NCBI GenBank assembly: GCA_043803945.1
Contig: JAZDJN010000060.1
Coordinates: 1 to 19,786, forward strand
Direction of reading: 5' to 3'
Length of the DNA: 19,786 nt
From: a bacterium
GTDB taxonomy: Bacteria; Bacteroidota; Ignavibacteria; UBA10030
Shown here: positions 9,400 through 17,482 of the stretch, in pieces
Layout: every line of letters begins with the position of its first letter
How positions within the stretch are numbered: position 1 is the first letter of the stretch
The notes under the pieces: generated by a model
Database searches by the model: none
What the model was told of the DNA's origin: nothing
What the model saw: only the letters and a program-made list of their open reading frames with translations
Position numbers and translations under genes: made by a program

Positions 9400-11193
9400 T
9401 TATTCCTCTTCGACTGTTGTAGAAATTACCTCCTCTAGAGAGGTCATTCCCTCCATCATCCTTTCCATGCCAGACCGGCGCAAAGTCCACATGCCATCTT
9501 TGGAACCCTGTTCACGTACTGCATTCTCATCTATTTTATCACCGGCATTGAGAATAATATCTTTGATGGCTTTAGTGAAATAAAGAGCTTCATGAATAGC
9601 AGCTCGACCTTTATACCCACCACCACATTTATCACATCCGTTTGCTTTGTACATCTTGTGAGTAGTAATTTGCTCCTCGGTGAATCCGAATTTTATTAGA
9701 TTACCTTTCTCATCATCATCCATCGGTTGTTTGCAGATTTTACAAAGTGTACGAATAAGTCGTTGAGCTACGATGATATTGATAGAATAAGCAAGAAGGA
9801 ATGGTTCAATTCCCATTTTATAAAGACGGGCAATCGAACTGGGAGCATCGTTAGTGTGAAGAGTCGAGAATACTAAGTGGCCTGTATTAGCCAATTTAAC
9901 AGCAGTTTCTGCTGTGATTTTATCGCGCATCTCACCGACGAGCACAATGTCAGGATCGTGACGCAAAATACCTCTAATCGATTGCTCGAAACTCATTTTG
10001 GGACCAATCTTCAACTGACGAGCGCCTTTAATGATGTATTCAACCGGCTCCTCGATTGTCAGCACGTTGACCGTTGGGTCAATTACCTGGTAAAGCGCAG
10101 CAATAAGCGTAGTTGACTTACCAGAACCTGTCGGACCTGTTAAGATGATAATTCCCTGTGGCTTAGCGATTGCTTTATAGAAAAATCCTCTTGCAGGACC
10201 TTGTAATCCGAGTTTCTCCAGGTCGGTGATTACTTTGCGATCATCCAGTACGCGGATGACGCAACTTTCGAACTTATTCTTAAATTCTGTCGTCACAATG
10301 GGCATGATCGAAACGCGGAACCGAAGCTGGTGACCATCGACCACGCGTTGGATAAAACCGTCTTGTGAAGCTTCACGCTCAAATCGATCGACATTTTTTG
10401 TGCGGTCTTTAACAACAGCCATAATTGCTTCTGGCATTGTGTTCGCCTGGCAATGCCAGACTTGGAGGTTGCCATCAACACGAAACAAAAAGTTTGTCTT
10501 ATTTCCTTCGGCACAGACAATATGCACGTCACTGACTCCACGTCGGACAGCTTCAACAATACAACCCTCGAACAGATTCACCAGAGCGCTCTTATTGATT
10601 TCCGCTTCGAGCGCATCTTCATCGACATTTTCCTCGCCTGAGCCGCTTCCGTCGTTGACATTAACAGTATCGTTTTCCAGTAATTTCAGAAATTCGTTTT
10701 GGGCGGGAGCTACTTTTTCCATTAATCCCTGGAGATCTTTCAGGCGGACATAACACACTTCATATTTTTTTACATTGAAGCTTCTTGCAACCACCGGAAG
10801 ATTGCGATCAGTTGGATCTGCGGCAATAATAATGAGTTTATCGGTTTGTCGCTCATCATATTTGAATGCGAGCATTTTTGCCTGCACCATCATTTCACGC
10901 TGCTGCTCAGGCAATGCGTCAACAAGTTTCTTGACAAAAGCGATACGCGCCTCGTCTACCTTCTCATCAGCCAGAAATATTTCACGAAACGCGTAGAGAT
11001 TCGCCACCTCTCGAAACACCGCATCGTGATCAGCAGCAAATTCTGAAACAAGAATCTGCCCGAGGTTCTTTCGGTTTTTCTTGTTCTCCTCGGAGTCCTT
11101 CATTTTAAGGGATTTTTCCAATGTCTCAAAATCGATGATCCCCTTCTTCAGAAGCGTATAACCAATTTTATCAGTTATATCTATTTCTGGCAT
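9400..11193 (-). CDS. pilB: Type IV pilus extension ATPase PilB (GspE/PulE family)
   Basis: MshEN-like N-terminus, 'SDVHI', 'FRVDG', 'QDG', Walker A GPTGSGKST, 'LRHDPDIVLVGEMRD', 'TGHLVFSTLHTNDA', Zn-binding CKIC...CDKC, 'GYKGR'. Confidence 0.95.
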   Translation of the reverse strand: MPEIDITDKIGYTLLKKGIIDFETLEKSLKMKDSEENKKNRKNLGQILVSEFAADHDAVFREVANLYAFREIFLADEKVDEARIAFVKKLVDALPEQQREMMVQAKMLAFKYDERQTDKLIIIAADPTDRNLPVVARSFNVKKYEVCYVRLKDLQGLMEKVAPAQNEFLKLLENDTVNVNDGSGSGEENVDEDALEAEINKSALVNLFEGCIVEAVRRGVSDVHIVCAEGNKTNFLFRVDGNLQVWHCQANTMPEAIMAVVKDRTKNVDRFEREASQDGFIQRVVDGHQLRFRVSIMPIVTTEFKNKFESCVIRVLDDRKVITDLEKLGLQGPARGFFYKAIAKPQGIIILTGPTGSGKSTTLIAALYQVIDPTVNVLTIEEPVEYIIKGARQLKIGPKMSFEQSIRGILRHDPDIVLVGEMRDKITAETAVKLANTGHLVFSTLHTNDAPSSIARLYKMGIEPFLLAYSINIIVAQRLIRTLCKICKQPMDDDEKGNLIKFGFTEEQITTHKMYKANGCDKCGGGYKGRAAIHEALYFTKAIKDIILNAGDKIDENAVREQGSKDGMWTLRRSGMERMMEGMTSLEEVISTTVEEE

Positions 11194-11260
11194 AGCCTTA
11201 TTCCTTCCTTATGTGGGCTATAGAACGACCCGGATCCAACATACTCAACATCCACTAATG

Positions 11261-12643
11261 CTATCCGCCTGCTCCAAACATCGTGAAGATATATCGGATG
11301 ATCTGTCCAGGAGCTTTCGGTCTAACTGTCGCAGTTTCGGATGAGACAACCGTAAGAGCCATCATAACAACCATGATGATCATAGATACCGCTAATTGAA
11401 TTGCCTCGATGACGTTTGACATCCGATAGGTAGTCTCTTTTTCATAATATTCTGCAAGCTGGAGGGCGGTATTCCTCACTGTTCCTGTTTCTGCCGCAGA
11501 AGAGAATCTTGAGAGTGCCGTTTTTGTGAACACATTAGTTGCCTCGAAAGATTCAACGAGCCCTTTTCCTTTTTCAAGCATCATAGGTATCGCAATTGTC
11601 TTAATTTGATGCTCCATGAATTTATTTCCGCAAGCCTCCGCAGACATTTTAATAACGTCAATATTTTCGCCGGAACCGCTGTAGAGAGAATAAAAGACAC
11701 GACAGAAAATTTCAATGGATGTTTTATGCATCAACGATCCGACGACGGGGATATTGATGAGATACTTATCCATCAAAAATTGTCCCCTGGCGGTGCGCAT
11801 GAACCTGCCAATTAAGATGATTGGAATGAACAGTGCGATCATCAATGGAATAAAATTTGCCGTCAGAAATCTGCTAAATGCGAGTGTGGCTTTCGTCATA
11901 GGAGGAAGATCGATTTTAAATTTCTCAAACATCTCGGCAGTTGCTGGGAAAATATAGCCTACGTAAAATAGTACGGCAAGAAAAAGGATAAAGAGTGTAA
12001 TGAGCGGTGAGATCAGTGCACTCTTCATATTCTTTTTGAATTGAGCATTTCGCTCAAGGAATTTTGCCGTGCTCTCATAGATTTCTGTCATGTTGCCGCT
12101 CTTTGAAGCTAAGCCAAGCATTTGCGCAGCAAACTTGCCAAGTACTGCACTCTGTTTGAAAAAGACTTTTTCACTATCCTTACCCTGTTTTAGCTCATTG
12201 TTAATTTCTTTGACACATTCTCGGAGGTTTGAATTGTCGATATCGTTAACGAGGAGTTGCAGAATTTCATTGAATGGAAGTTTTTGCCTCATCAGGTCAG
12301 CACTGACTTTAACGAATGTAACTACATCAATTGAAGGAGCCGGTTTTAGTTTATTCCCGAAGAGTTTTTTCCGAACATAAAGGACTCGATAGCCCATTTT
12401 TTCCAAAGCAATCCGCACCTCTTCTTTGGTAAAGGCCTTCTGATCTCCATCGATAGGTTTCTCAGTACCTTTTTGAACCCGATAGAGCCAACCTACACGC
12501 TCATGGACAAAAGTGAGCTTGAACTTTTTCTCACTCGCCATTAATTCGGCTTTGGCTTTGGCTTCTTTCTTTGTCTCTGCATTGATCATTCCTGCCACTG
12601 GTTTGCCAGCAAGTGTCATGCCTTCGATTTTGAATTCCGCCAT
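11261..12643 (-). CDS. pilC: Type IV pilus inner-membrane platform protein PilC (GspF family)
   Basis: Two T2SSF-like domains ('ASKSGNM', 'AAETGTV...LAEYYEKE'), 'DLPPMTK', 'IPVVGSL', three TM segments. GAGGA RBS upstream; adjacent to pilB. Confidence 0.92.
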   Translation of the reverse strand: MAEFKIEGMTLAGKPVAGMINAETKKEAKAKAELMASEKKFKLTFVHERVGWLYRVQKGTEKPIDGDQKAFTKEEVRIALEKMGYRVLYVRKKLFGNKLKPAPSIDVVTFVKVSADLMRQKLPFNEILQLLVNDIDNSNLRECVKEINNELKQGKDSEKVFFKQSAVLGKFAAQMLGLASKSGNMTEIYESTAKFLERNAQFKKNMKSALISPLITLFILFLAVLFYVGYIFPATAEMFEKFKIDLPPMTKATLAFSRFLTANFIPLMIALFIPIILIGRFMRTARGQFLMDKYLINIPVVGSLMHKTSIEIFCRVFYSLYSGSGENIDVIKMSAEACGNKFMEHQIKTIAIPMMLEKGKGLVESFEATNVFTKTALSRFSSAAETGTVRNTALQLAEYYEKETTYRMSNVIEAIQLAVSMIIMVVMMALTVVSSETATVRPKAPGQIIRYIFTMFGAGG

Positions 12644-12699
12644 GGCAATTCCTCAATAATAATTAATAGCAATCCGGAGAAGGGACTTCTCTGGGTAGG

Positions 12700-12728
12700 A
12701 TAATACGATTTTTCAAGGATTCTGTCAA
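12700..12728 (-). promoter_or_regulatory. Sigma70-type promoter of the pilC-pilB-... operon
   Basis: Minus strand TTGACA (12728-12723), 17-nt spacer, TATTAT (12705-12700). It lies ~57 nt upstream of the pilC ATG and downstream of the pilin terminator. Confidence 0.75.
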
Positions 12729-12793
12729 GTTGAGGTCTTGCTAAGCTTGAAGAAATCAGGAGAAGGGGGAGTGAATCTTAGAGATGCCGAATG

Positions 12794-12824
12794 AAAAAAA
12801 AAGCATCCCGCATTGCGGGATGCT
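12794..12824 (-). terminator. Rho-independent terminator of pilin gene 1
   Basis: Perfect 10-bp stem AGCATCCCGC / GCGGGATGCT with a 3-nt loop, followed by a T9 tract on the minus strand. Confidence 0.88.
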
Positions 12825-12878
12825 CTAAGCTTTCTAAAACAAAGTGAAATAGATTCTTCGATATTCTCGAGTGATCTA

Positions 12879-13271
12879 TTATTGGAAATCGCCTGTGTAT
12901 GTCCAACTGCCAGAGACAAATTTGCCAAGGGAGTCGATTTTCGTAACCACTGTGTTTGCAGCATTCTGAGCTGATGTTGCAGTAAATGTAACCTCTACTG
13001 CAGTTGGTGTACCAGCATTGTATATTGCATTTTCGTTATTCGACATCTTGGAAGGAACTTTGTAACCGGCATAGGAGTTTTGTCCACCACCCATTGAAGC
13101 AGGACGAATGCGGTATTGATACGCATTTGCCGCGAGGTTATTGATGTCATTGATGATGGCATCTTTGTTGGACTGAATGCTGTTGGCGCTGAAGAGACTG
13201 AGACCAACGGCAATGGCAATTCCGACAATGATAACGCCGAGGATGATCAGAAGAAGTTGTTGTTGACCCAT
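12879..13271 (-). CDS. Putative major type IV pilin with an atypical ultrashort leader (copy 1)
   Basis: 130 aa: MG-QQQ, then a ~22-aa hydrophobic helix (LLLIILGVIIVGIAIAVGLSLF), an amphipathic helix, and a beta-rich head. GGAGG RBS, own terminator, immediately upstream of pilC/pilB. Confidence 0.8.
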   Translation of the reverse strand: MGQQQLLLIILGVIIVGIAIAVGLSLFSANSIQSNKDAIINDINNLAANAYQYRIRPASMGGGQNSYAGYKVPSKMSNNENAIYNAGTPTAVEVTFTATSAQNAANTVVTKIDSLGKFVSGSWTYTGDFQ

Positions 13272-13364
13272 ATGATACCTCCAATTTAATTGTTAAAAAT
13301 TTGGGTTATTAACTAACCCGGTGAATTGTTATCGTTTGCTAAAGCTAAAACCGGTTAATATGTT

Positions 13365-13380
13365 TCAACTCTTATGCCAG
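13365..13380 (-). promoter_or_regulatory. Sigma54-like (-24/-12) promoter of pilin 1
   Basis: CTGGCATAAGAGTTGA versus consensus YTGGCACG-N4-TTGC. It lies 94 nt upstream of the ATG and is conserved upstream of pilin 2. Confidence 0.6.
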
Positions 13381-13579
13381 AATTAGATCTCGTTAAAAAG
13401 AAAAAACCTTGAGTAAAAAGGCTAAATGAGCAGTATGGGATACCTAAAATAAAGATCGATGGGAAAAAATGTCACTCTTAAGTCAATATTACCGATTACC
13501 TCTTCCTTTTTTTCCACTCAGGGGCATCCCATCCCTCAGTCTAAACCTACGGAATTTCACACTCTGTGTCAAGCTTTCT

Positions 13580-14020
13580 TTCACTCTGATCTTTCAAAAC
13601 GACACATGATCATCACTCACCTCGTTGATTTAATTAATAACCACAGTATCGACGTTTTGCCTAGCACATGTATTCGAACGAGGAAGAAAGAAGTAGCGGG
13701 AATATTGCAGAAGTATTGACAAACCGGTTCTACGCTCATAGAAAATACCTCCTTGGGCGGAGTTTATCTGAATGAATTCCGGGAATGCGTGCTTATAACA
13801 GAAAGAATTTTGAGTCCATTTAATTTTTTAGAGAACTCAACAACGATTTGCTCGAAAGTCAAGTTCTCTTTCAAATTATTGAAGACCGTTATTATATCGG
13901 AGAGATGCCCGTTCGTGTTCGAAATTTTCCTGAAGCGTCGAGAAATTACTTTTCTCGCGCTTCAGGTTCAATATGGTAATTCGTAGGACAGCGTTCCGTT
14001 ATCCGTTTCGGAAAAATCTC
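13580..14020 (+). pseudogene. Decayed 3'-half copy of the GT2 gene at 15034-15750
   Basis: 'THLVDLINNHSIDVLPSTCIRTRKKEVAG' aligns with 'PHFIDFIENDYFDVMLGTRIRTRKEALAG'. DNA blocks gagtccattaatt..gagaactcaa, gttctctttca, atcgg.gagat.cccgttc and gaagcgtc are shared. It contains frameshifts and stops, and the 5' half is missing. Confidence 0.85.
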
Positions 14021-14125
14021 AAAACCACTCTTGAATAATCGAAAAGATAAAGCTTCGAAATATTAGATAGAGAATCCTCCATCGATCCGCCAACGGAATA
14101 TCGATTTTATTATAGACAAGAACTA

Positions 14126-14515
14126 TTACTGGAAATCGCCGGCGTATGTCCAGCTGCCTGAGACAAATTTTCCAAGTGAGTCGATTTTGACTTCAACTGT
14201 GTTTGCTGCATTCTGAGCTGATATGGCTTTAAATGCCACATCCACTGCAGTCAGTGTGACATCGTAGGTAGCATTTTCATTGTTCGACATCTTGGGAAGA
14301 ACTTTATATCCGGTATAGGAGTTTTGTCCACCACCCATTGAAGCAGGACGAATGCGGTAACGATATGCATCTGCCGCGATGTTATTGATATCATTGAGGA
14401 TGGCATCTTTGTTGGATTGAATGTTGTTGGCGCTGAAAAGAATGATTCCAACGGCGATGGCGATACCGACGATGATAACACCGAGGATGATCAGAAGAAT
14501 TTGTTGATGACCCAT
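14126..14515 (-). CDS. Putative type IV pilin with an atypical ultrashort leader (copy 2, paralog)
   Basis: 129 aa; 24 differences from copy 1 in a manual alignment (~81% identity); GGAGG RBS. Confidence 0.8.
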   Translation of the reverse strand: MGHQQILLIILGVIIVGIAIAVGIILFSANNIQSNKDAILNDINNIAADAYRYRIRPASMGGGQNSYTGYKVLPKMSNNENATYDVTLTAVDVAFKAISAQNAANTVEVKIDSLGKFVSGSWTYAGDFQ

Positions 14516-14605
14516 ATGCTACCTCCAAATAAATATTTAAAGTCGGCCTATCATCTAATCCGGCGAATTGGATGCCATGTCGAGGTTTAAACCGATGAAT
14601 CTCTC

Positions 14606-14621
14606 TCAATTCTAATGCCAG
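14606..14621 (-). promoter_or_regulatory. Sigma54-like (-24/-12) promoter of pilin 2
   Basis: CTGGCATTAGAATTGA, 91 nt upstream of the ATG; 14/16 identical to the pilin 1 site amid diverged flanks. Confidence 0.6.
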
Positions 14622-14692
14622 ACTCACATCCGCATAGGAATCAAAGAAACATTGAGCAAAACAACAGGGAGTGAAACAGACAAGATAATCAT

Positions 14693-14742
14693 AAAGGGAA
14701 AAAAGAGATCCCCAGTAAATATTACCGATATTTTTTCCCTTT
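14693..14742. promoter_or_regulatory. 12-bp inverted repeat flanking a conserved motif; candidate activator site
   Basis: AAAGGGAAAAAA (14693-14704) / TTTTTTCCCTTT (14731-14742) encloses AATATTACCGAT (14718-14729). The same 12-mer occurs at 13485-13496. Confidence 0.4.
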
Positions 14743-15033
14743 TGCCACAAATAATTTATCAGAACACCCTGATGGATATTTAACCGCCTCAGTAAAGCCT
14801 TTTCAACCAACTAAAGTTATTATGACTGAATTCGATTCGTGGAGCTTTATACTATGGAATAACAGTTAGAACACCAACATTATGATAATGGAAAAATCAA
14901 AATAATCCTGAGACGACACTAAGGAGTTCGAAGTATACCGAAAGCCACTGGATTCATCGGACTCGGTATGAAAAGTGAATCATTTTCAAATACCACACTT
15001 TTTCTTTTAGCAACTTTATCGTATATACTCATT

Positions 15034-15750
15034 GTGAAACAGAAATCAAAAGTCGTTGTTGTATTACCTGCTTATCAGGCAGAAAAGACTCTGGAGCAAA
15101 CTGTGAGGGAGATTTCCCGCTCTGTAGTCGATGAAATCATTCTGGTTGACGACATGAGCAAGGATAGTACCGTAGAAATCGCTCATCGATTGAATCTTGT
15201 TGTCGAACGACATTCACAGAATATGGGATACGGTGCCAACCAGAAGACTTGTTATCAATTGGCTCTTCGCCGAAACGCCGATATCATCGTCATGTTGCAC
15301 CCAGACTATCAGTACGACCCCAAGCTCATTCCTCATTTCATCGATTTCATTGAAAACGACTATTTCGACGTTATGCTCGGGACACGCATTCGAACCAGGA
15401 AAGAAGCCTTAGCCGGAGGGATGCCACGGTATAAATATTTCTCGAACAGATTCCTCACATTAATTGAAAATATTATTACAGGGCAGAATCTCTCTGAATG
15501 GCATACCGGCATGAGGGCATATAGCAGAAAAGTCCTGGAGTCCATTAATTATCTCGAGAACTCAAACGACTTTGTGTTCGATAGTCAGGTTCTCTTTCAG
15601 ATAATTGAACGCGGTTTTAGAATCGGGGAGATTCCCGTTCCTGTCCGATATTTCCCCGAAGCGTCAAGCATTAACTTCTCTCGCAGCCTCAAGTACGGCA
15701 TTGCGACTCTGGGTACTGCTTTCCGCTACCTGTTTAGAAAAATTCTCTGA
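15034..15750 (+). CDS. Glycosyltransferase family 2, DPM1-like / polyprenol-phosphate sugar synthase-like
   Basis: 'VVVVLPAYQAE', 'IILVDDMSKDST', 'NMGYGANQK', 'MLHPDYQY', 'TGMRAY', 'IGEIPV'. The start is uncertain (GTG 15034 preferred; the ORF is open from ATG 14968). Confidence 0.88.
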   Translation: MKQKSKVVVVLPAYQAEKTLEQTVREISRSVVDEIILVDDMSKDSTVEIAHRLNLVVERHSQNMGYGANQKTCYQLALRRNADIIVMLHPDYQYDPKLIPHFIDFIENDYFDVMLGTRIRTRKEALAGGMPRYKYFSNRFLTLIENIITGQNLSEWHTGMRAYSRKVLESINYLENSNDFVFDSQVLFQIIERGFRIGEIPVPVRYFPEASSINFSRSLKYGIATLGTAFRYLFRKIL

Positions 15751-15843
15751 TCCCCTTCGGAATATACGATGATATGCCTGTGCGACTTATCACTCTAGAG
15801 AAATTTCCATCGATCCATTAACGGTGCCTCGATTGTATTCTCG

Positions 15844-17460
15844 ATGAGATCGAAAACTTCATATACCTCATTTCCACTTATCTTCCTTCTCTGCATCGTT
15901 CTCTTTGTCGTCATTGTCCGCATTCGATTGCTGAATGTCCCCCTCGAACGCGATGAAGGTGAATATGCCTACATCGGACAACTCATTCTCGACGGTATAC
16001 CGCCGTATCAGGAAGCATATAATATGAAATTCCCCGGTATGTACTTTCTCTATGCGGGGATATTATGGATTTTCGGCGAAACTCATACGGCTATCCACAC
16101 AGCCCTTCTCATCGCGAACATCTTTACGCTCGTTCTTCTCTTCATCCTGGCTCGTTCAGCTTACGACGACTGGGTTGCAGTATCCGCAGCGGGCGCTTTT
16201 GCATTGCTTAGTTTGAGTTATCACGTACAAGGGTTCTGGGCTAATGCTGAACATTTTATTCTTCCTTTCGTCATCGGAGCATATCTGCTCCTGTTCGTAT
16301 GGCAGAAGAAAAAGAGTCGACCATTCTTACTGATGAGCGGGATCTTCCTCGGTTGCGCTGCGTTGATTAAGCAGCACGGAGCTTTCTTTAGTCTTGTTGG
16401 ATTTCTGATTCTGTTTCAGATTGTGTGGCAACAACGAAAAATTGAAAACAGGATTCGCTGGAACGCTTTAGGAACTCTGATGGCAGGATTCATGATCCCG
16501 TTGCTCCTCTGCGGTATGTATCTTGCGTTCCATGGTGTACTACAGCAATTTTTTCGCTGGACATTTCTCTATGCAAAGGCCTATAGTTCTATTGTTTCAT
16601 TGAATCAAGTGAAGGAGAATTTTCTTTCATCGTTCTTACCACTCTGGCAGCACTCCATCCTTCTTTGGATTCTCGCTTGTGTCGGAGCGCTTTCGCTTTA
16701 CACTTCCCACAGTTACAGGCAATCGCGATTATTTCTCACGGCATGGATTTTCTCAAGCACAATTGCACTGTCGATTGGCTTCTATTACCGGCCACACTAT
16801 TTTATTCTCATCCTTCCGGTAGCGGCGCTCCTCTTTGGTCTCGGAATCAGATCTATCGTTCAAACCTTTTCGGGTGCTTCAACACCTTTATTAAAATATC
16901 TGCCTCCTGTCATCATTCTTGGATTCTCATTGATCAGCACACTCGTAGCACACTGGGATGTCCTTATCCAATTCTCGCCCGCTGAGGTTACGAGAACAAC
17001 CTATCTCCAAAATCCTTTTCTGTATTCTGAACGAATTGCGGAATTGATCGAGGAACGATCGACGAGCCAGGATCGGATTGCAATTATCGGGAATGAACCA
17101 CAGATTCTCTTTTATGCTCATCGCCGTTCAGCGACACCCTATATTTATACGTATTCTTTGATGGAGGACCAACCCCTTGCCCGGCAATTTCGCTCCGAGA
17201 TGATAAAGCAAATCGAATCGTCCACTCCCAAACTTCTTATCTTTACGCAACTGCAGCCTGAATGGTATCAACAACCTTTGGGCGAGCAGCAACTGCACGC
17301 CTGGTTTTTTAGGTATGCGGAATCGTTGTACAAACCGTCGGTGCGATTCGAATATACACCGGGGAGTAACGATACATTACTGATCACGGAACCACACGAT
17401 CTCATGAACCGATCGAAACATCATTATTGGATCACGATATATGAGAGGCGGACTCTCTGA
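15844..17460 (+). CDS. Multi-pass GT-C fold glycosyltransferase (ArnT/PMT-like)
   Basis: Acidic 'ERDEGEY' motif after TM1, 'PPY...KFPG', 'NAEHF', 'IKQ', 'PHYF', many TM segments, and a soluble C-terminal domain. Confidence 0.8.
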   Translation: MRSKTSYTSFPLIFLLCIVLFVVIVRIRLLNVPLERDEGEYAYIGQLILDGIPPYQEAYNMKFPGMYFLYAGILWIFGETHTAIHTALLIANIFTLVLLFILARSAYDDWVAVSAAGAFALLSLSYHVQGFWANAEHFILPFVIGAYLLLFVWQKKKSRPFLLMSGIFLGCAALIKQHGAFFSLVGFLILFQIVWQQRKIENRIRWNALGTLMAGFMIPLLLCGMYLAFHGVLQQFFRWTFLYAKAYSSIVSLNQVKENFLSSFLPLWQHSILLWILACVGALSLYTSHSYRQSRLFLTAWIFSSTIALSIGFYYRPHYFILILPVAALLFGLGIRSIVQTFSGASTPLLKYLPPVIILGFSLISTLVAHWDVLIQFSPAEVTRTTYLQNPFLYSERIAELIEERSTSQDRIAIIGNEPQILFYAHRRSATPYIYTYSLMEDQPLARQFRSEMIKQIESSTPKLLIFTQLQPEWYQQPLGEQQLHAWFFRYAESLYKPSVRFEYTPGSNDTLLITEPHDLMNRSKHHYWITIYERRTL

Positions 17461-17482
17461 CAATTCAGACCACACTGTCCCT

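Noticed and set aside
527-12380. Numerous short antisense or alternate-frame ORFs inside the pilus operon genes
   Set aside because: They are shadows of long, motif-supported genes with no independent evidence. The same applies to those inside the GT genes.
3879-12643. Type II secretion system assignment
   Set aside because: A PilT retraction ATPase and separately promoted, terminator-bounded pilin genes favour a type IV pilus, although secretion of the lipoprotein is not excluded.
13459-13986. Two small plus-strand ORFs (86 aa and 77 aa) as novel proteins
   Set aside because: They are explained as frames through promoter DNA and the frameshifted GT2 pseudogene.
12879-14515. Diversity-generating retroelement (TR/VR pair) or silent pilS-type cassette
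   Set aside because: Differences are not adenine-specific, no reverse transcriptase is present, and both copies are full-length with RBS and promoter.
14391-14810. 139-aa minus-strand ORF overlapping pilin 2
   Set aside because: It is out of frame with the pilin, runs through its promoter region, and has no equivalent at pilin 1.
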